Of a stretch of 20,469 bases of DNA, positions 15,924 to 20,469 are shown one piece after another. Below the pieces are notes generated by a model. The model searched no databases, had not been told where the DNA came from, and worked only from the letters and a program-made list of their open reading frames with translations. The position numbers were made by a program, and so were the translations under genes. This stretch comes from Bdellovibrionales bacterium (GTDB lineage: Bacteria; Bdellovibrionota; Bdellovibrionia; Bdellovibrionales; UBA1609): positions 1 through 20,469 of the forward strand of contig JBFWVI010000048.1 of the NCBI GenBank assembly GCA_050246815.1. The letters are read 5' to 3'. How positions within the stretch are numbered: the stretch's first letter is position 1; each line of letters starts with the position of its first letter.

Positions 15924-16388
15924 TTAAAGGGCAGTGGTCGGAGTCTCTTGTTCGACGGGCCGCCCGAAACTCAGCTTAAAAGCCTTGCAAACATCGCCCA
16001 CAAAACGAACTTCACCGGTGTACTTGCTCATACTGCCGTCGGTGCCGGTTGATTTCATGGCGAAATAATATGGCAAATTCTTACTTAAATTATTGACCAA
16101 GTAGGTTTGAGTATCCGCTCCGCCAACCACAAACTCTTCCGTATAAACACCAGGTGATGTACCCATGTAAATTCGATAGCCTGACAACAATCCTGCCGGT
16201 ATCGGATCTCCGCTCTCCATGACTGTAGGTGGAGTCCATTGCACCGTGGCCGTTACACACGCCGGACCGGGCTCTGGCAAAGGCGGAATTCCACCGCCCG
16301 CGGCAGCATTAAAACCACCCTTATTAGGTGACAAATCGCAACCCGCACAAAACAAAGTCGCACCGATTAAAAGAGTAAGTAATTTCAT
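15924..16388 (-). CDS. Lipoprotein with a single fibronectin type III domain (154 aa)
   Basis: Lipobox CAGC. Fn3 pattern V.W.PP...GY.IY.G..PG.Y......T.Y.V.NL....YYFAM......G..S..T.EV. ATGA overlap with the upstream gene. Confidence 0.85.
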   Translation of the reverse strand: MKLLTLLIGATLFCAGCDLSPNKGGFNAAAGGGIPPLPEPGPACVTATVQWTPPTVMESGDPIPAGLLSGYRIYMGTSPGVYTEEFVVGGADTQTYLVNNLSKNLPYYFAMKSTGTDGSMSKYTGEVRFVGDVCKAFKLSFGRPVEQETPTTAL

Positions 16389-16819
16389 GGTTCAGGCCAT
16401 TCCAATTTAAAGTCAATAGGCTCCTCGTATTCAGGATGAAGTCGGCGAAAGCGTTCACGCTCGACGCAGGTGGGAATATAAACTTTTGCACTCCAACTGT
16501 GCACCTGGCCAAGTCTCATCATGCGCTCGACGGACAATTCCAAAGCCCCTCCACGGTCAATTTCGATTTGAAGACCGTCGCCGCCGCCTGCAGTCGTCAT
16601 TTCAAAATAAGGACGCTGCGTGTTGGCCAAGCGCAAACGCAAACGATACTGCATCACTCGATAGTCGGCTGGCCAGTGTAAATCCGCACGCACTGCACTT
16701 ATGCATTCCTCTGGCAAAGGTTTGCCAATAAACGGTGGCACCGTAGCGTTATTGTTGGATGATTTGTCGCATCCGACCAACGCACCACAGAGCAGGGTAA
16801 AAATAACTATTTGTTTCAT
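16385..16819 (-). CDS. Hypothetical lipoprotein (144 aa)
   Basis: Lipobox LVGC after MKQIVIFTLLCGA; translationally coupled to the Fn3 lipoprotein. Confidence 0.8.
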   Translation of the reverse strand: MKQIVIFTLLCGALVGCDKSSNNNATVPPFIGKPLPEECISAVRADLHWPADYRVMQYRLRLRLANTQRPYFEMTTAGGGDGLQIEIDRGGALELSVERMMRLGQVHSWSAKVYIPTCVERERFRRLHPEYEEPIDFKLEWPEP

Positions 16820-16900
16820 GGGGTAGACATATTCGACAGGTCCTCATAAAAATCAAGAAGCTATTTTGGCTTGAAAGAGATTTTGCGCGGGAGTGTTGTC

Positions 16901-17443
16901 TTGAAAAAAACGTTCATCAGTATCGTGTTGGCTTTGTCCATTTTGTCCTCATTTGCTTTTCAGGCTTCGGCTCAAACTTATTACGATATTTTAAGTTCTG
17001 AATTTAATAAGTCTGCAGATGTCATCACTTTTAGTGATGTAGAACCTCTGGGTTGGCCAAACGGTCGCATTTGCGTGGAAGCCGACCCCATCAACAAGCA
17101 CAACAACAGTTTGACCTATGTGACTGTAAGCCGCTTCGTGCGCAACAATGATGGTTATGGCGAACTGCTTCCACCTCGCCAGACAATTAAAATTTTGCAT
17201 CAGCCGGTCCAGGGCTTCGGTGAAGTGTTTGCGCCAAACGGAGAATTTGATAACGCCTCTTCGACCATTGAAGTCCGCGATCTAGTTACCCGAACCTACG
17301 ACCACCAAGGCACCGTCATCACCACCATGACCCTACGCAAAAAAGGCGATTGGCTATTGTTTCGACGCATCCTAAGCTCGGGGCGTGATCAAAACCGTTT
17401 GTTTGGCTATTGCTACCATCAGAGTGCAGAACGACTCTTCTAA
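16901..17443 (+). CDS. Exported hypothetical protein (~180 aa)
   Basis: TTG start at 16901 after a GGGAG SD gives MKKTFISIVLALSILSSFAFQASA, a classic signal peptide. One Cys pair; ends in GYCY. Confidence 0.75.
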   Translation: MKKTFISIVLALSILSSFAFQASAQTYYDILSSEFNKSADVITFSDVEPLGWPNGRICVEADPINKHNNSLTYVTVSRFVRNNDGYGELLPPRQTIKILHQPVQGFGEVFAPNGEFDNASSTIEVRDLVTRTYDHQGTVITTMTLRKKGDWLLFRRILSSGRDQNRLFGYCYHQSAERLF

Positions 17444-17466
17444 CCAGTATACTTCAAGGGGATTTT

Positions 17467-17850
17467 ATGAACACAAAAGTATTTTTAGCTACCTTGCTCG
17501 GCTTCATTTCAACTTTTGCCGTTGCCACAGAAAGTAAAACAATCAATTGCGAAGGCATGTACTACGATTATGGCTTTCAAGAAGAGGTCAAAGCAGGTGC
17601 CCTCATCGAAAGCGAAGAAGCAGAAATTTGGTTCGAATCAGGCTCGATCAGTTCACCCAGATTTAAAAAGACTCCTGTCTTAGCCAATTCAAAATACACT
17701 GAAATGGCTTCGACACAAAGTCAGCTGACCCTTCGTTTGGACACCCAGGGGCTTAACGCCACTTCAGGCAAGCGCATCCGCGGCACGGTCAGCTACACCG
17801 GCTACTTCAGCGGTGAAACGATCGGCCTCAGCTGCGACGTTAAAAACTAG
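17467..17850 (+). CDS. Small exported beta-rich hypothetical protein (~127 aa)
   Basis: ATG 17467 after AAGGGG, signal peptide ending in AVA. Cys residues near the N- and C-termini of the mature chain, probably one disulfide. Confidence 0.75.
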   Translation: MNTKVFLATLLGFISTFAVATESKTINCEGMYYDYGFQEEVKAGALIESEEAEIWFESGSISSPRFKKTPVLANSKYTEMASTQSQLTLRLDTQGLNATSGKRIRGTVSYTGYFSGETIGLSCDVKN

Positions 17851-17990
17851 CCGGGCCACAACTTGTCGTAATCGCCCCCGTAAATCAAATTTATGGGAAA
17901 GCTATTAATTTTTCAAAAAAAGCCGGTTTTAAAGGCTTTCCAACGTCCTCAATTGCGGGCACCGCTCCTTTAATGGTCTACAGGGATTCC

Positions 17991-18680
17991 ATGCAAATAC
18001 CGACCTTAGTCTTCTTCTTAATATCCCACCTCGCGGGGGCGCAAGCCCCCGATCTTGCCATCCAGGTCGAGGAGGCCACCAAAATTCGCCCGATTTTGAG
18101 TCAGGGCCTGTTAAGTCTAGCAGTTGATTCGGTGGGTACTGCTGTTGTGGTGGGCCCACAGGTCGCTCTGACAAGTTGCCACAACATGTCCACTCAAACA
18201 TTAGAGCGCGCTGAAGTACCCGTTAGTTTCGGCCCCCTTATTCAACGGGCTGAGCTGCTTGAAGCCGACAGCGAGCGAGACCTTTGCAAAATTAAGATCG
18301 AGGGCTCGGCTTTGATGATAGCCCCGGCTGTGGCACAAACCCAGCCCCAAATTGAAGATGTGGTCTTTGCCTTGGGCAATAGCAATGGCGCACGCTCGGT
18401 CAGCAAAGGGCAGATTCTTGAAGTTTACCAAATGCCCTTCGGTCAGGTTTACAAGGTTTCGGCGTGGTTTAGGCCAGGTGCCAGTGGCGGCGCACTTTTA
18501 AATCAGAACTTGGAATTAATCGGCATTTTGACGTTGATGGACAAACCGCAAAATGGTGTTTTCGGCGATGCCTATGCCATCGCAATTTCAAACTCGGATC
18601 TACAAACCTCAACCCCAATTAAAATGGAAATTCAAAAGCCGGCCTTTTGGCGGCAGCAATTTAAACAAGGAACTTTATGA
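17991..18680 (+). CDS. Trypsin-like (S1, Trypsin_2-type) serine protease, exported (~229 aa)
   Basis: Catalytic triad motifs GTAVVV...ALTSCH (His), RDLC (Asp) and PGASGGALLN (Ser), plus VFALGN and LIGI. Signal ends in AQA; no PDZ domain. Confidence 0.88.
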   Translation: MQIPTLVFFLISHLAGAQAPDLAIQVEEATKIRPILSQGLLSLAVDSVGTAVVVGPQVALTSCHNMSTQTLERAEVPVSFGPLIQRAELLEADSERDLCKIKIEGSALMIAPAVAQTQPQIEDVVFALGNSNGARSVSKGQILEVYQMPFGQVYKVSAWFRPGASGGALLNQNLELIGILTLMDKPQNGVFGDAYAIAISNSDLQTSTPIKMEIQKPAFWRQQFKQGTL

Positions 18681-19549
18681 AAAAACTAATCTTGATCATG
18701 ACTTCTATTTTACTGACAGCCTGTGCCGCGGACAAAAATTCGACAACTAAACCCGCAAGCTCTAGCCCCCAGCAAAATGGTGATACGGCAGCCGCAAGCC
18801 AAGCTGCGACCTCGATCTGCCCTGACGGGACCGAACCGCCAACCTCTTCTTTTGGCAAAACCATTCGCAATTACGAGTCCTTTCACTATGTGCGCAAGGC
18901 GATGAAAAAAGTGGCGGAAGAGTTACCTAACTCAACGATCTGTTTGTCCATGGTTGTCGGAGCCCGCAGCGACTACGCCTACTACCGCTACTACCTCAAA
19001 GCCGACGTTTACGCCATCGGTCAGACTAAACCCAGTTATTCATTTCAATACATTTTTCAGGATGCCTCGATTCAAGCCTTTCACAATCACGGCGGGCAGC
19101 CATGGTATGGTCTTGACTCTGCACAAGTTGATCGAGTCGTGCAAAATTTTATTGAAACCTCTCGGTTTGAACCATTCCCGCATCGCTATCAGGGCCGCCC
19201 CGTCGCCATCGCCAAACAGACGGCTGTCTATTTGAAGAGCCAAGAAAACATCGACTTTGAGTCCCTGTCCAGCCTCGAACTCAAATTTAAAAGTGCGCCA
19301 GCCGCCACCCGATTTTTTATCGTCACTTGGCTGACTAAACCCAATAACAATGCCACCCAAGATAAGCCGATGGCACAGGGTGTTTTAATGGCCGTCGATA
19401 AGCAGCAAAATGTCTTGATCTCCGAAAATATCCTGCCCTATTCGGATCTGTTCATGCCGCTTGAAGACTATCTCAAAGCTTTACGAGATAACTTCAAACC
19501 AAAAGAACAGTGGCCTCAAGTCTTACTGGATTTCGCCAGACAAAATTAG
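18677..19549 (+). CDS. Hypothetical lipoprotein (290 aa)
   Basis: AAGGA SD, ATGA overlap with the protease gene, lipobox LTAC, and a Ser/Thr/Ala/Gln-rich tether. Confidence 0.85.
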   Translation: MKKLILIMTSILLTACAADKNSTTKPASSSPQQNGDTAAASQAATSICPDGTEPPTSSFGKTIRNYESFHYVRKAMKKVAEELPNSTICLSMVVGARSDYAYYRYYLKADVYAIGQTKPSYSFQYIFQDASIQAFHNHGGQPWYGLDSAQVDRVVQNFIETSRFEPFPHRYQGRPVAIAKQTAVYLKSQENIDFESLSSLELKFKSAPAATRFFIVTWLTKPNNNATQDKPMAQGVLMAVDKQQNVLISENILPYSDLFMPLEDYLKALRDNFKPKEQWPQVLLDFARQN

Positions 19550-19559
19550 GCTGGGGCGG

Positions 19560-20282
19560 TTATTCGCCCAGGTAGGCTTTGCGGATTTCGTCTGATTTCA
19601 AGAGCTCTTTGGCATCGCCAGATGTTTTTAAAATGCCTGTTTCCAGCACCAAACCCCGGTGTGAAACAGACAAGGCCTGCATAGCATTTTGTTCGACCAG
19701 CAAAATGGTCACACCCTGCTGATTGATCTGCTGAATAACTGAAAAAATGCGCTCAATCACTTGAGGCGCCAAACCAAGGCTGGGCTCATCCAAAAGCAAA
19801 CACTCCGGATGGCTCATCAAAGAACGGGCGATGGCCAGCATTTGTTGCTCACCGCCCGAAAGAGTACCCGCATTTTGCTTCCGACGCTCTTTCAGACGCG
19901 GAAAGAGCGTGAATGCACGTTCAAGATCTAGCTGGTAGGTGGATTTGTCTTTCACGGCCCAAGCACCCAAATCTAAATTCTCTTCGACACTCAGGTTTAA
20001 AAAAATACCTCGACCCTCCGGGGCCTGGCACAATCCGCGTTTGACAATCAAATGGGCCGGAACAGAATTTAAAACTTCACCTTTAAAGCTGATTTGCCCT
20101 TGTTTGGGCTTTAAAAGTCCTGAGATGGTTTTTAAAATGGTAGTTTTGCCGGCGCCATTGGCTCCGAGCAAACAGACAACCTCGCCCTTTTTGACACTAA
20201 AGCTAACTCCCTTGACAGCTTTGACAGCCCCATATGAAACATGCAGATCCTGCACACTAAGCATGAAACTTTCAGGTGCCAT
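19560..20282 (-). CDS. livF: Branched-chain amino-acid ABC transporter ATP-binding protein
   Basis: Walker [66 protein letters not shown], and C-terminal AYLG. Confidence 0.97.
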   Translation of the reverse strand: MAPESFMLSVQDLHVSYGAVKAVKGVSFSVKKGEVVCLLGANGAGKTTILKTISGLLKPKQGQISFKGEVLNSVPAHLIVKRGLCQAPEGRGIFLNLSVEENLDLGAWAVKDKSTYQLDLERAFTLFPRLKERRKQNAGTLSGGEQQMLAIARSLMSHPECLLLDEPSLGLAPQVIERIFSVIQQINQQGVTILLVEQNAMQALSVSHRGLVLETGILKTSGDAKELLKSDEIRKAYLGE

Positions 20283-20469
20283 GACCGGCCGCCTTGCCTA
20301 AATAGGCTTCGATCACCTGGGGATTTTGTTGAATTTCAGACGGGGTGCCTTCGGCGATTTTCACGCCGTGGTCAAGGACGGCGATTCTTTCACAAATGCC
20401 CATCACCAACTTCATGTCGTGTTCAATCAATAGAACCGTAGCAGAAAACTGCTCCTTCAAACCCCGAAT
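20272..20469 (-). CDS. livG: Branched-chain amino-acid ABC transporter ATP-binding protein, C-terminal part (partial)
   Basis: [42 protein letters not shown]. The frame stays open to the window edge and overlaps livF by 11 bp. Confidence 0.95.
   Translation of the reverse strand: MRGLKEQFSATVLLIEHDMKLVMGICERIAVLDHGVKIAEGTPSEIQQNPQVIEAYLGKAAGHGT

Noticed and set aside
17919..17939. AAAGCC...GGCTTT hairpin as a terminator
   Set aside because: The stem is weak (6 bp, half AT) with no downstream U-tract on the plus strand.
1..20469. tRNA, rRNA, riboswitch, CRISPR array, prophage or defence genes
   Set aside because: None were recognisable by eye. Intergenic spaces are short, and an Infernal/Rfam scan would be needed to exclude small RNAs.

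Overview
About 20.5 kb of bacterial DNA of roughly 50% GC by eye. The gene content (TIGR02147-type regulator, DUF4105 protein, many unassignable exported proteins) suggests a Bdellovibrionota-like predator, which is an inference. The left edge (1-126) is the end of an IS481-family element that the ORF track missed, with a transposase N-terminus and a repeated terminal motif. The right edge is the end of a branched-chain amino-acid ABC operon (livG partial, livF). Between them lie 19 genes, 18 of which have a signal peptide or lipobox. These include candidate hydrolases of three catalytic classes (two Cys-His enzymes, a HEXXH zinc peptidase, a trypsin-like serine protease), a DUF3011 protein, an Fn3 lipoprotein, and a lipoprotein with four 56-aa Cys-rich repeats behind a sigma-54-like promoter. 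The most notable unexplained signal is that three 'hypothetical' exported helical proteins (2073-3086, 4016-4882, 13173-14375) share colinear motifs. Two sit in one tightly coupled operon around a beta-rich partner, and the third is translationally coupled to the TIGR02147 regulator. This suggests an uncharacterised multi-component exported system.
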